A stretch of DNA of 64,000 nt from Emiliania huxleyi CCMP1516 (GCF_000372725.1 NW_005201792.1:1181440-1245439); one strand, 5' to 3'; positions 1 to 12,029 are shown, counted from the stretch's first letter. Notes: a model not told the origin generated them from the letters alone. Numbers and translations: made by a program.

Positions 1-136
1 AACACGTGCCCAAGCCACGGCCCCTCAGTGCTTCTCTCTGCTCTGAGAGGCTCTATCGGGTCGAGTCTCTGCTCTGAGAGGCTATCGGGTCTCGGCTCGC
101 GCCCGCGCGACGATCCTCCTGGCACTAGCCAGACGC

Positions 137-3100
137 CTAGCCAGACGCAGCTGCAGCGGCAATGGCTGCCGCAGCAGGGGACAGCATCGGGCGCAGCGCA
201 GCGTCCCACTCCGCCCAAGCCGTGCCGGATCCCGGGTCGAGCACCCAGTCGCGCCCAGGGACCCTCATCACGAACGAGAAGTCCTTCTTGTCGCGAGGCT
301 TGCTCCGCTCCATCTCCACCGCCGCGTCGACCCGGATCTGGCCGCGGCGCGACGCGTCGCTTGGCGTGGCGCTGTCAAAGTAGTGCAGCTCCTTGTTCGA
401 GTAGAGCACGAAGAAGCGCTGCTTGAGCTTGCCGCCCAGCAGGCTGCTCCCTTGGCCGCGCTTCCGCATCCATCCCGAGAACACCTCCTCAAGCTCCGCC
501 TCGGTCTCGCCGAGCTTCGCGGGCGCGTCGGAGATGCGGCCAGACGCGACAGACAACACCGATCGCGGGCTGCCTTCCACGTCGCCTCCGAGCGCAGTCA
601 CCCACTCGCCCGCCTCGGTGGCCGAGGGCGCGGCCAGCACGTAGCTCCGCTTCTTTGGTACCGTCACCTCGAAGCTGTGTGGCCGATCTGCGTCGAGCGC
701 CGACCCCATCGAGACCTCGACCGATCCGTCGATGGGCACGTGCCCCGCATTCTGCATTGCGTCGAAGGCGCTCTTGCTCCTATAGTAGCGCAGCACCTTT
801 GGGAGCTGGCGCTCCGAGTCGGCGGCGAACAGGACAAAGTAGCGATTCTTCCACGCAGTGTTCACCTCGCCGCGCTTCGCCAGCCAGCCGCTCTTGAGCA
901 CACCGTCGCGCGGCAGCCCGACCGTGACCCAGTCGGAGGCCGGCTCAGTGCGTCCGCTCTCCGCGTCGACCTCGTGCGTGCGCGCACCCACCATCGAAGC
1001 GGAGCGCCGGCGCGTGGCGTAGCCTCGCGTCTGCGGGGCCTCGCCGTCCGACGCGCCCAGGTGGGGATGCAAGTCAGCCATCCACTGCCGCATCGTCTGT
1101 GCGTCGTCGGGGCAAAAAAGCCACGTGCGCTTGGGCGAGAGCACCTCGAAGGCGTGCTCGTAGTTGTAGTCGGCGTTGGCCGCCGCACGGCACGCGGTCG
1201 CGTCGCGCAGGTCGATCACACCCTTCGGCTTTGCGGCGGTGTCCGAGTCGTAGTAGAGGAGCTCGTGCGTCGAGAGGAGGACAAAGAAGCGCTGCTTCCA
1301 GCTGCCGCCCACGGCGCCCTTCTTCTCCATCCAGCCGCTGCGCAGCTCGGAGACGGGCCGCTCGGGCGCAACGCTGGCGAGGAGGTCCGTCCACCGAGCG
1401 AGCAGCGCGTCGTCCGCCGCCAGCGTCCAGCGACGCTCAGGCAGCACAATGTCGAGCCGGCGCAAGCCGGGCGAGCCGAGCAGCCACACGCCGATGCTGC
1501 GTCCAACGTCGGCAAAGCCCTCGCCGATGCGCCCCGGCTGGCTACCGGCGCTCCACTGGAGGATGCCGTCAGAGCGGAGCACAAACAGGGCCGTCACCCA
1601 CCCCTTCTGGCCGCCGAAGCCGGAATCCTGCAACTGCAGCTCCGCCTCCGCGAGGGTCGTCACGTCAGGCGCGGCGGGCGGCGCGATCTGCTGGCTTCCC
1701 CCACTGTCGGCGCAGCCGACGGCGGGGCGCAGGTGGCCCAGCCACGCCTCTTGTGAGCTCGCCGACTCGGCGCGGAGCTGCCAAGCGCGAGACTCCGTGA
1801 CCACGGTGATCTCCCGCTTTTCGCCGCCTCGCACTTCGTTGGCGCCGTCGAGGTCGATGAGGCCGCCCGAGGCGAGGTCCACGGCCTGCTCCTCGCTCTT
1901 GAAGTAGCGCAGGACAAACTGGACGCGCACTGCGTCGCCGCGCTGCTCCTGCTTGCTGCACAGGACGAAGAACCTCCGCTTCCAGTCGGAGGTGAGGGAG
2001 GCGACTGCGCCCTTCTTCTCGAGGTAGCCTTGGTGCAGGACGGTGAGCACGGCCCCGCTCTCACGCCGCGGGGCGTGCGAGCGCATCTGAGCCTGGAGCA
2101 CGCCCATCCACGCCATCATGTCGCCGCGGTCGATTGCCCTCATGCGCACGACGGCGCGGGCGGGCGCCTTCGCCGTCTCCCCCTCCTCCGCCGCGGCGGC
2201 TGCGCCCTTATGCACCGCGGAGGGGTCGGCGAGCACGAGGTCGAGGCAGTGGTCGTAGTAGTCCACGCCCTTGGAGCGCTCCGCTGAAGAGAGCGCACGG
2301 AGGTCAACGCTCAGGGTCATCTCCGACTCGGCCGCGTCTGCATGCGGGAAGACGCGGAGGCGGCCGTCCGAGGCGAGCGCGAACCAGCGCGCCTCCCAGA
2401 CGGCGTCCGAGTCGTGCAGGCTGCTCTCGTCCTTGAGGTCGGCCCAGCCCTGCTTGAGAAGCTCGGCGCCGCTCTCCGCCGCCAGCCGCTTCTTGCGCAC
2501 GCCGACGTCCTCCAGCATGACCTCGAGCGCACTCGTCCACGCCCGCTGCTCCTCGGGCGACTCGGCCGCAAAGACCCAGTGCCGCCCCGGCGTGGCGATC
2601 TCGAAGCCGTGTCCCTTTGGCGTCGGTGCGATGGTGACCGTCTCGGCGACCGAAACGTCTACCGCGCCCTTGCGTCGTGTGCAGGTGTCCGAGTCGAAGT
2701 AGAGCAGGCGCTGCGACGAGAACAGGACGCAGAAGCGCCGCTTGAAGCCCGCCGACGCGGTCTCGCCCTTCTTGTGCAGCCAGCCACTCTTGATCTCCGT
2801 CACCTGCAGGTACGGAAGCAGCTCGTGCAGCTCGCGCCGCCACGCGTGCAGCAGCTTGACGTCCGAGGAGCGCAGCGCGTGCGTGCGCCCGGCGGTCTCG
2901 ATCTCGAGGCGGCCGCCGCCGTCCGGCGTGTCGACAAGCCGCACCTCGTGCGCGAGGCGGACCTGCACGGCCGAGACGCCGGCCGGCGGCTCGAGCCTTT
3001 CGAGTGTCATCTCGCGGTTGGAGTAGAGGCGGAAGAGCGCATCCTCCCACTCCTCCCCGGCCTGCATCTCCATGCGCGACTCGAGGAGGAGGGCGATTGG

Positions 3101-6100
3101 CTTGCGCCGCAGCGTCAGCTCCACCGTGCTCTCGGACGCGCGGATCGCCTCGATGACCTTTTCGTACGACGCGATGTGTTGCCCGTTGACGCCGAGGATG
3201 ATGTCGCCCACCAAGATGCGACCGTCCTGACCGGCGACGCCGTCGGCCCAAACTGCGCCAATCGTCGCCGCCTTGCGGTAGTGGTCGACCTCGAGCCCGA
3301 GCCCGTGGTCTCCTGGGGTCAGCTCCACGGTGAACTGCGTGTCGTCCCGGGAGGCGAGCGCCGAGAGCTGATGCTGCGCCACAACCTCGTTGGCTGCGGC
3401 TTGCATCTCTCCAGCCACCTGCGCCGCAATCTGCTCCGCCGTTGGCGCCTCGGCGTTTGCCTGCGCTTCCGCAGCCGCTTCGGCCGCGGCTGCGGCAGAC
3501 GCCGCGGCGGCGGCGGCTTCTGCAGCGGCCTCCGCGGCCGCCTTTGCCGCCTCCGCCTCTGCCTTCTCGGCGGTGCCCTTGGCGGAGGCCGCCACCGCCG
3601 CCGCCGCCGCGGCGGCCTCCTCCTGCCGCTGCCGCTCCTTCTCCTCGCGCAGACGGCGCTCCTCGGCCTGCCGGCGCCGCGTCTCGGCAACTTCGCGCTC
3701 GCGCCTGCAGACACACAATGCGCAACCCCTCAAAAGATGCAGTGTGGCGGAGCAGGCTGCAGCCGCACGCAGCGCACCGGGCGAGGAAGAGAAGCTGGCG
3801 CTTTCGGTGCTCGACGTAGATGATGTGGCTGGCGCGGAAGTGCTGGATCTGCCGGGCGGCGGCGCGCATCTTCTTCAAGCGGAGGCGGCAGAGCGACATC
3901 CTCGCGTAGCCTTGGAGCCTCGCCGACGCCTTGCGGCGGCGCTCCCACTGCTGCACCTGCGAAGCGGAGTGGACGCGGAGGGCGTTGCTGGTGGGGTACC
4001 GACCTGGGGTGGTGCGGGGTGCGGGGTGTGGCCTTTTCGAGCAGCTGCGGCAGCATCTCGGAGATGTCGCGCTCCGCCAGCTCCTCGAGCACCTGCCCCG
4101 CGCCGGCGCGAAAGAAGAGCCGGGTTCGACCGATGCGGAACGCCTCTGCGGGGATGTCGAGCGCGAGCGCGAGTGCCTCGCAAAAGTGCGGCGGCTCGAG
4201 GTCGCGCAGGAAGGGCGGCATTTGCTCGGCGTAGCGCTCGTGGATCGCCTTGAAGGGAATGCGCGTCGGAAAGCCGTGCGCCATCAGGCTCACGGCGTCG
4301 ACGGTGCCCGAGCAGCGGAGCTGTGGCAGCACCAGCGATGGCACAAACTCGGACGCCGCCAGCCTGGTGTTGGGCTTGACGCAGCGGATGAAGTGGGCGG
4401 TGGTCGCGTTCAGGTCCGCAACCAGCTCGTTCAGATCGTTGATGAAGCGCCTTGAGACCGAGTTGAAGCTCTGCCCCTTGCGGCCCGAGGCTGCGCCCAC
4501 ATCAAAGAGGTCCTTGACGAGCCCGACCCCCGACGCGGCGAGCAGCTCGGTAAAGTCGGCATGCAGCGTGTCGTTGTTCTTCTCGACGAAGCCGCGGCCC
4601 GTGTAGACGACGTCGCCCGCAAAGTGGCGCACGCAGAAGCCCTCGTCGGAGCGGAGGTCGCGCCTGCCCGCGAGCCGAGGCTCGACGAAGAAGTCGTTGC
4701 TCGCGTGCGTCGCCGCCGCCGCCTCGCAGAAGCTCTTGTCGGTTGCGTTCGGCCGCTTGCACGTCTCGTCGAGCAGCCGCAGCAGGCCCGAGGGCGACTG
4801 CTCGATGAGCGCGATGCACCGCGAGTTGTCTTGGTACTCGACGTCCGGCCGACGCACGCCCTCGGCCGCGTACAGCTCCTCCTCCGCCTTGAAGACAAAC
4901 CTGAGAAAGAACTGCTGCAGCTTCTCGTTTGCAAAGTTGATGCAGAGCTGCTCGAACGCGTTTGTCTCGAAGGCCTCGAAGCCGTAGACGTCCAGCAGTC
5001 CGATGAAGGCCGGCGGCGCCGCCTCGCCCCCCTCGGCGCGCGTCGCGCGATTGATCCAGCCGATGGTGCGCTCGAAGAGGCGCGCGTAGGTGGCCTTGGC
5101 GAGGGCGTCGCGCGCGAGCGCCGCCCGCTCGGGCGTCAGCTCGACGCGGGTCGTCTCGCCTCGCGTCACCAGCGTGCGCGCCAGCAGCAAGGAGCCGAGG
5201 CGCGGCAGGCCGAGCAGCTCCGCCGCCTTGTCTAGGGAGGCCGAGGTGGCGGGCTCGACGGAGGCGGCCTCGTCGCCCTCGAAGCGGACGTTGCCGAGGT
5301 GGAGCAGCCCGGCGATGACGCGGAAGACCTCGCGGACGGTCTGGGGCTCGGCTCCGACGGAGGCGAGGGCCGCCCGCACCACCTCGAAGGCGGCGCCGTC
5401 GTCCCAGCCGGGCGCCTCGAGGGTGCCCGACTGGTTGAGGTAGTGGAAGCCGGATGGCCCGGCGTCGAGCCCGAGGCAGGCGAGGTCGGGGTGAGCCGCC
5501 GCCGCGACGGCGGCGTAGAAGATGTGGTAGTTGCGCTCACCAGGCGCCTGGTAGGGCACGCGGCTCTTCTCGAGCAGGTACTGCTTCGTCGTCGCGCCCA
5601 GCACTGATCCGCGCTCCGAGAGGCCAACCTTGACAAACTTGCCGAAGCGCGACGAGTTGTTGTTGCGGCTCGTCTTTGCGTTGCCGAAAGCCTCCAGCAG
5701 CGGGTTCGCCATCAGGATCCGCTCGGCGAGGTCCCCGCCGACCGACTCGGACTTGGACCGCCACGCCAGGTACGCCATCAGATGCTTGTTGGTCTCGGTC
5801 TTGCCGGACCCGGACTCGCCCGACACCACCAGCGACTGCGAGCCCTTGGTCCGGACAAAGCTGCGGTACGCCTCCTCGGCCAGGGCGTAGACGTGCGGCT
5901 CGGCCGCCCCGAGGGGCTTGCCAGCGTACTCCTCCATGAGCGGGGCGCCGTAAATGGGCAGCGACTGGAAGGGGTTGACGGCGATGAGGATGGCTCCGAC
6001 ATAGGAGTAGATGGACTGGTCTTCGTAGCGAGCGCGAAGGTTGTGCAGGATGGTCGCCTCATTGATGTGGATCAGCGCGCAGCTATCCGCCGCCGAGGCC

Positions 6101-6270
6101 ACATCGTTTGCGAGGCTGACGTCGGCGGGCCGCACCAGCCTCTCGCCAGACTGGCTCCGCACCGTGTAGCCCTTGCCGCGCTCGTAGGACTGGACGACGG
6201 CGGGCGAAAAGACCTCCTCCTTTGGGCCGCCGCGCACCCATACGGACGAGCCAGCGGCGATGCCGGCCAT
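137..6270 (-). CDS. Unconventional myosin: motor domain, IQ motifs, coiled coil, PDZ, eight PH domains; 2 GC-AG introns (3957-4032, 3705-3801)
   Basis: Motor motifs GESGSGKTE, LEAFGNAKT.RNNNSSRFGKF, LLDVYGFE, FEQLCINFANEKLQQ in ORF 3730..6369. IQ-like ARLQGYARM/ARQIQHFRA in exon 3802-3956. PDZ (HGLGLEV...DGRILVGDIILGVNG) and PH motifs (K.GWL.K.G...WK.R.FVL...W..AL) in ORF 137..3733. The two introns join all frames. Confidence 0.93.
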
Positions 6271-6373
6271 GAGCTGCACCAAAAGCGGCGGCCGACTTTG
6301 GCCGGGCGCACCGCGGAGTGTGTCACGTACGTTTTCTTTCCAACCGGCGGAGTGCGACCGGCCAACCACTCAG

Positions 6374-7740
6374 CGAGCCGTCTTTTTACCAGGTTGCAAC
6401 CCTAGTTTCGCACTGTGCTGTGAACGCTGCTGGTTGGCGTCGGTTGCGCAGCACCCCGTCCCCATCCATCCAGGTTGTTGGTTGGTTGCTGCCCCAGGTC
6501 CCGCACCATGTAGGTGCAACGCCCCGTTCTCTGGAACTGGATCATGCTTGTTCGGGTACGTGGTTCGCCCGTCCCTGTGTCCCGTGCACGTCGCCCGTCG
6601 GCAAAGCCGACGATAGGTGCAATGCACGCCGCTGGTTGTGGGGAGGACGTGCCGCTCGATGCTGAGAGAGAGATTTTTAAAGACCAACAAGAAATTCTCG
6701 ATGCTGCGGGCGGCGTTGACGTTCACAGCCAGTTCACGTATTTGGCCCCAGCTCTTCGGCTCGCTCCGCTCGCCGGTGAGTTGGTTGGTTGCTGGCAGCG
6801 TCTGAACCACAGCGTGTCCCGGTCCATAGTTTCTCTTCTTATCCGTTACCATGTAGAGCAAGGTCGAGGGCGGGCCCTTTCGGGCTCGGGCCGCCCTCTT
6901 GCCCGCACCTCTGCGGGGCTTGCACGTGGCAGCGGCGGCTCAAGATCCCAGCGATCTCGAGTTCTTCACGCTATCCACTGCGCCGCGGCTTCGCCGCGCC
7001 CATCCAAGCCCAGGGCTTGGTTTGCTGATACCCGCATCTCGCTCTGCGCATCTCTGAGGCTACCCGCGCGCCGACTGCTACGCGCGCGGCGAGAGGCGCA
7101 CCCCATCGGGGACAGGATTGAGGCCCCTGTACAAGCTCGGCAACGCTGCCGTCGTTGCCCTCCCGAGCCCTCAACACGATGCCGCACATTGCGCAACCCG
7201 TTCTGCGCACATGCCGCAGAGAGGAGTTTTCACTCTTCCGTCGGAGTTTCTCCTTCCTGCAGGCGAGAGCCATCAGCCTCTCTACTTCCAGGGGAACATC
7301 TATGCCACACGCTATCCCTGGGACGGTCCACAACCCACACTCTCGCTGCAGTCGATCCAGCCCTCGCACTCCCCACTGGAGATCTAGCCGGGCCCCCAGG
7401 CTGGGACAGGATTGGAGCCCCTGTGCTGCGTCTGTCTGTGGTGATATGTGGGGGACACTTTCTCCTCCCTATTCATGTGAGTCACTCGACTGCGTCGAGG
7501 GGGGGGACGTCTGAACCACAGCGTGTCCCGGTCCATAGTTTCTCTTCTTATCCGTTACCATGTAGAGCAAGGTCGAGGGCGGGCCCTTTCGGGCTCGCTC
7601 GGGCCGCCCTCTCGCCCGCACCTCTGCGGGGCTTGCACGGGCAGCACCCCAGCACCGGGGGGTCCTGAGAGCTGTTGGTTGCCGCTCGATTCACAGCACA
7701 GTGCAAAACTAGGGTTGCAACCACGTAAAAAGACGGCTCG
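6374..7740. mobile_element. Non-autonomous TIR DNA element, ~51-bp TIRs, CAG 3-bp TSD
   Basis: 6374-6424 is the reverse complement of 7690-7740 with 3 mismatches. CAG flanks both ends (6371-6373, 7741-7743). Confidence 0.8.
6799..7639 (+). mobile_element. TRIM (miniature LTR retroelement) nested in the TIR element
   Basis: LTRs 6799-6926 and 7508-7639. 5-bp TSD GGCAG (6794-6798, 7640-7644). PBS-like TGGCAGCGGCGG at 6927. Polypurine tract GAGGGGGGGGA at 7497-7507. Confidence 0.85.
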
Positions 7741-7821
7741 CAGGCCTTCCCAAACTAGTGACGGCGGCGAAAAGAAATGCATGCAGGGCTGCGTTGTTCC
7801 GCCTCCTCGCTTCTCATCGCC

Positions 7822-8868
7822 ATGCACATGAGACCGGCACGCGTCGCGTGCACACCGCTCGCTCGCGCCGCCGCCTCGAGGGCATTCCCGCGGGCCGCAG
7901 CGAAGAGGCTTCCGCCGCTGCTGCGAGGCACGCGGCGCCCTCTGAGCAGCGGGACAGACGACACTTTGGTCGGCGGGCGCGGCGGCGCCTCCTCCTCCGC
8001 CGCCCCGCCGACCGGGGGGCAGGACGCAGGGCCGCGGCGCGTGCTCCTGCACTCGTGCTGCGCGCCTTGCTCGGGTGCGATGATCGAGGAGATGGTGTCG
8101 GGGGGTCACTCGGTGACCATCTTCTTCTACAACCCGAACATCCACCCGCGCGCCGAGTACGAGATCCGCAAGGCGGAGAACAAGCGGTACGCGGCGGAGC
8201 TCGGCATCGCCTTCGTCGACGCGGACTACGACGTGGACGAGTTCCACCGGAGGGCGCGCGGCCTCGAGTTTGAGCCCGAGCGCGGCCGGCGCTGCAGCAT
8301 GTGCTTCGACATGCGGATGGACGTGACGGCGGAGTACGCGTCGCAGCACGGCTTCGACTGCTTCACCACGACCAACGCGACCTCGCGCTGGAAGGACATG
8401 AAGCAGGTCAACGCGTCGGGGCTGCAGGCGGCCGCCAAGCACGGCTTCCGGCCGTACTACTGGGTGTACGACTGGCAGACCGACGGGATGACCGCGCGCA
8501 AGTACCGGATCAACGCGGAGCAGCGCTTCTACAAGCAGGAGTACTGCGGCTGCTCCTACTCGCTGCGCGACTCGAACGCGTACCGCAAGGCGCAGGGCAT
8601 CCCGCCCGTCGCCATCGGCGGCGAGGCGGCGGGGAGCGGCTCCCGCTACTACGACGACCCCGAGCGCGACGCCGCCGAGGAGTCGCAGGAGGTCGTCGAC
8701 TCCTTCTTCGAGTCGGACGCCTCCTGCTTCGGAGGGAACCGCCTCTACCACGACCGGCGGCGTGGCCCGGACGCAGAGTCGGTCTACGGCGGGCGGCGCA
8801 GGCAGGGCGCGGAGGAGTCGGCCGCAGCGGCGGGCGACGACGAGATTGTGGAGCGGAACAATTGGTGA
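7822..8868 (+). CDS. queH: Epoxyqueuosine reductase QueH (DUF208 family), intronless, with Arg/Ala-rich N-terminal extension
   Basis: Motifs LLHSCCAPCS, FFYNPNIHP..EY, RC.MCFDMR, SRWKD, YKQEYCGCSYS. In-frame ATGs at 7777, 7822 and 7828, so the start is uncertain. Confidence 0.9.
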   Translation: MHMRPARVACTPLARAAASRAFPRAAAKRLPPLLRGTRRPLSSGTDDTLVGGRGGASSSAAPPTGGQDAGPRRVLLHSCCAPCSGAMIEEMVSGGHSVTIFFYNPNIHPRAEYEIRKAENKRYAAELGIAFVDADYDVDEFHRRARGLEFEPERGRRCSMCFDMRMDVTAEYASQHGFDCFTTTNATSRWKDMKQVNASGLQAAAKHGFRPYYWVYDWQTDGMTARKYRINAEQRFYKQEYCGCSYSLRDSNAYRKAQGIPPVAIGGEAAGSGSRYYDDPERDAAEESQEVVDSFFESDASCFGGNRLYHDRRRGPDAESVYGGRRRQGAEESAAAAGDDEIVERNNW

Positions 8869-9384
8869 GCCGGTGGGAGAGTGCCGCGCGGTAGCCCAGC
8901 GCGCGCTCGCTAAGGCCCGCTTAGAGCCGCCGAGTGATGAGAGTCAGAAGATCACATGTACATGAGTAATTCTCCGTGTGTAGTATAATACACACACGCG
9001 CCATCGGCATCGCGTCAGCCGTCAGCGTCACGCATAAATATATAAACGTATGTACGGCTTTTGCTCATCGATTTACGCGTGTACACGGGGTAGTGGTACG
9101 GGGGCCGCGGCTCTATTTCCTCCGGGGATGCACGAAAATACATTGGTGCGGGGTCCCCCGTCGGGAGGAGCAGGAGGACGACCCCGCGGCTAGCGCGCCC
9201 GTAGGCCGTAGCCGCCCGACCACCCCCCACAAAGTGCCCTGCACACTGCAAAGATCGCACGGGCGTCGGGCGGGGACCTGTTCCTTGTGCCAGCTTTATG
9301 CGCACGGCCCATCCTCGGAGCGGATCCTGGCATCCTGGGCACCCCATCGCCCACAACCCACAGAGGAGAGCGACCCGTTCTCGA

Positions 9385-10924
9385 TCACCTCCGCTTGTCC
9401 GCTGCGCGTCGAATGGCCGGAACAGTTGGCGCCGGCGAGCGTAGAACGCCTGCTGGCCCCCTCCACAGCAGCGCGGAGAGCGCCCCGCCCACCATCAGCG
9501 CAAAGGTGAGCGGCGGCAGAGCCACTGCGAGCAGCGCGCAGCGCAAAGCGGTGCGGAGGCGACCGGGCGGCGCGCCGCCGCCGCAATCGACCTCCTTGAA
9601 GTTTTGCGCCGTTGCGGGAGGGTGGCCGACTGTGTTTGTGAGCGTGCCCAGCCCCTCTGCGGAGAGCGCCACCTCGTCGCCGGGCTGCAGCCACCTACGG
9701 AACGGTTCAGGGAAAGCTCGGGCAAAGCTCGACGCCTCCTCCTTCACCTCGTGGGCTGCGGGCCGCCTGCCGATCTCGAGGCCGCAGCAGTTCGGGACGG
9801 TGCCCATCCCGATGAGCTCACCTGAGGGGCGAGGCCGGGCGGCGGGTGCGCGGCGGGCCCGATCGTCCTCCCCACGCAACAGCAAGGGGCGCCCGGCTGC
9901 AGGCCCTCGTCGAGCGCCATGTACCGCACGAGCGCCTACAAGGACGGAGGAGAGCCGCCTGAGCAGTGTGAGCCGCCCTCCTCCCCGCGGGGCGCAGCCG
10001 CCGCCTCGAGGCTGCACGCGCGCGCCATGCCCGTGCTCGACTGCTCGCCGCCCGCGCCGCGCCATGCCTCGCCGTTCACCTTGACCTCCACGCGCAGGCC
10101 ACGCCCCTCGAAGAGCGAGCCTACGGGCGAGGCGAGACGCGTCCGGAGAGGCCGGCGCGGCGCGCAGCCCCGCGGTGTCAGAGCGAGCCGCGGTCGCCCG
10201 GCGCCCAGAGCTCGTCGGAGGAGACGACATCGAGCCCCATCGCCGTCGCCGCCGCCTTGCACTTGACAAAGCCAAAGCCGACCGAGACCAGCTCGTCGGC
10301 CTGCACGTCTCTCGCCGAAAAGTCGTTGATGAGCACGAATCCGCCGAGCGCGGCGGCCACCTCTGCGGCGGTGGCCTCGCGCGAGACGGGCCGCGTGATC
10401 AGCACGGCGACCTCGAGTTCGTAGTCCAGCCAGCCGCAGGTCGACGGCCACGGGGCCTCGTCGCCGTCGGCGATGAAGGTGCACGGGTTCCCGTGGTAGT
10501 AGCCGGGACGCGCAGCCGGGTTGACGCCAAAGGGCAGCCGCAGCGACTTGCCGATCTGCGAGAGCGCCATCTGCAGGAGGTGGCCCTCCTTCCCGGCCAC
10601 CGCAACGAATCCGCGCACGGCCTGCGACATGTGCTGCACGTAGGAGCCGGCGTCGCGAAAGCTCCTCGGCTGAAAGGGCAAGACGAAGCCGCTCTCCACG
10701 ACGCACGATGCCGATGCGGCGGCCGCAAGCTCCGTGGCCGCCTCGAGCACGGCTGGGGAGCACGCGAGGAGGGCGACCACCGATCCGGCGCTCGTCTTGA
10801 TCTCCTCCTCCGCCGCCGAGAGAGCAGCGGCCTTGGCGGCAAGCGCCTGCTCCAGAGACACCCACCGCTGCTCCTGGTCGCGAAGGCACACGCCGAAGCT
10901 GGGGTGGAGTCGGAGGCGCACCAT
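9385..10924 (-). CDS. Fumarylacetoacetate hydrolase (FAH) family protein, multi-exon, possible C-terminal membrane anchor
   Basis: LPFQPRSFRD, YYHGNP, LDYELEVAVLI, GFVLINDFSARDVQ, GELIGMGTVPNCCGLE, WLQPGDEVAL.AEGLGTLTN spread over three frames. Confidence 0.85.
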
Positions 10925-11045
10925 AGGCCGCGCGACGCCGAGGGTCGTCGGCGTGAGCCGTGTGTGTGCCAGTCTGCGGCTCTGCGCCCTTCTTGTGCCG
11001 AGGAAGATGAACCTGTTCGACTTTGCCTCCTCATTCCGCAGCTCT

Positions 11046-11612
11046 GAGGACGGGGAAGATGACTCAGAGGAGGACGAACCAGTGGAAATTCAGTTGTCAG
11101 ATGTCACGATGCATCCGAAGGGGACCCCAGCGCCGGCATCATCCGTAGAGGCACGAGTGTTCGAAGAGAGAGTGGACCTGAGCAACAACATGACTTGGAG
11201 GCAAATGATCGGAGTGGGAGTCAGAAATGTGGTCCTTGCGCGAGGGGAGCTCGATAGACTCGAGGGGCCAGGATACGCCGCAAGGAGGACGGAGTTGCGC
11301 CGAGAGGCGAAAGAAGCCGCGAGAACAAGGGACCGGCAGGCGGCGGCGTCGCAGGACGAGGCAGAAGAGAACGACGCGACAGAGGGGGAAGTGACAAGGG
11401 AGAGAACGACGAGAGTGGGACAGCCGCGAGGTGGCATGAAGGTTGCAGCGAGAAGCGGCGAGAGACTGCGAAAAGAGATACGAGGAGGCAGACCCCCCAG
11501 GGTGGGCGACGGCTAGCGCATCACACCCTCCTCTCCTTAAAATCCCTGTGTGGTGGCGGCGTGCCGTTCTCCCATCCCTCCCTTGGGTTGTGTGTTTTCT
11601 TTCTTTCTTTCT
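11046..11612 (+). mobile_element. 5'-truncated non-LTR retrotransposon fragment, (TTTC)n tail, 12-bp TSD
   Basis: TSD TTCCGCAGCTCT at 11034-11045 and 11613-11624. ORF remnant ends ...PPRVGDG*. 3' end shared with three other copies in the window. Confidence 0.8.
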
Positions 11613-11941
11613 TTCCGCAGCTCTCGATGCGCTGCGATAACTTGCGAATTTTTTTCGGGCTCCTAGCTCGCCGCGCACTGGCCCCTGCTGCGTCCCCGCG
11701 CCCCGCGCCTGCACGGTGGCGTGGCGCCCGCCCTCCACCCGCCTCCCCGCGCGGGCCCGCTCCCCCGCCCGGGGCCCCTCCACCACAACTGTACTAGGAT
11801 TCCTATTACTATCAACAGCATGGGCTTACGTTCCAGGGTAGGGTTGGGTGGGCAAGGCTATTCACATGCACCATTCGTCTATTTCTGGAGTTTCTCCTTT
11901 GGCAGCGTTGGGTAGCGTCCATCTCCCTCCCTCGTGAGATG

Positions 11942-11984
11942 ACAAAAAGTGTTAGAGTTGTTTGGTATTGCTAAAAATCTCTCT
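11942..11984 (+). mobile_element. Short 3'-end retroposon fragment with (TC)n tail, 11-bp TSD
   Basis: TSD CTCGTGAGATG at 11931-11941 and 11985-11995. The same sequence occurs in reverse orientation at ~20470-20511. Confidence 0.7.
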
Positions 11985-12029
11985 CTCGTGAGATGCAGCG
12001 AGCGAGGAGCGAGCGAGCGAGCGTCGAGC

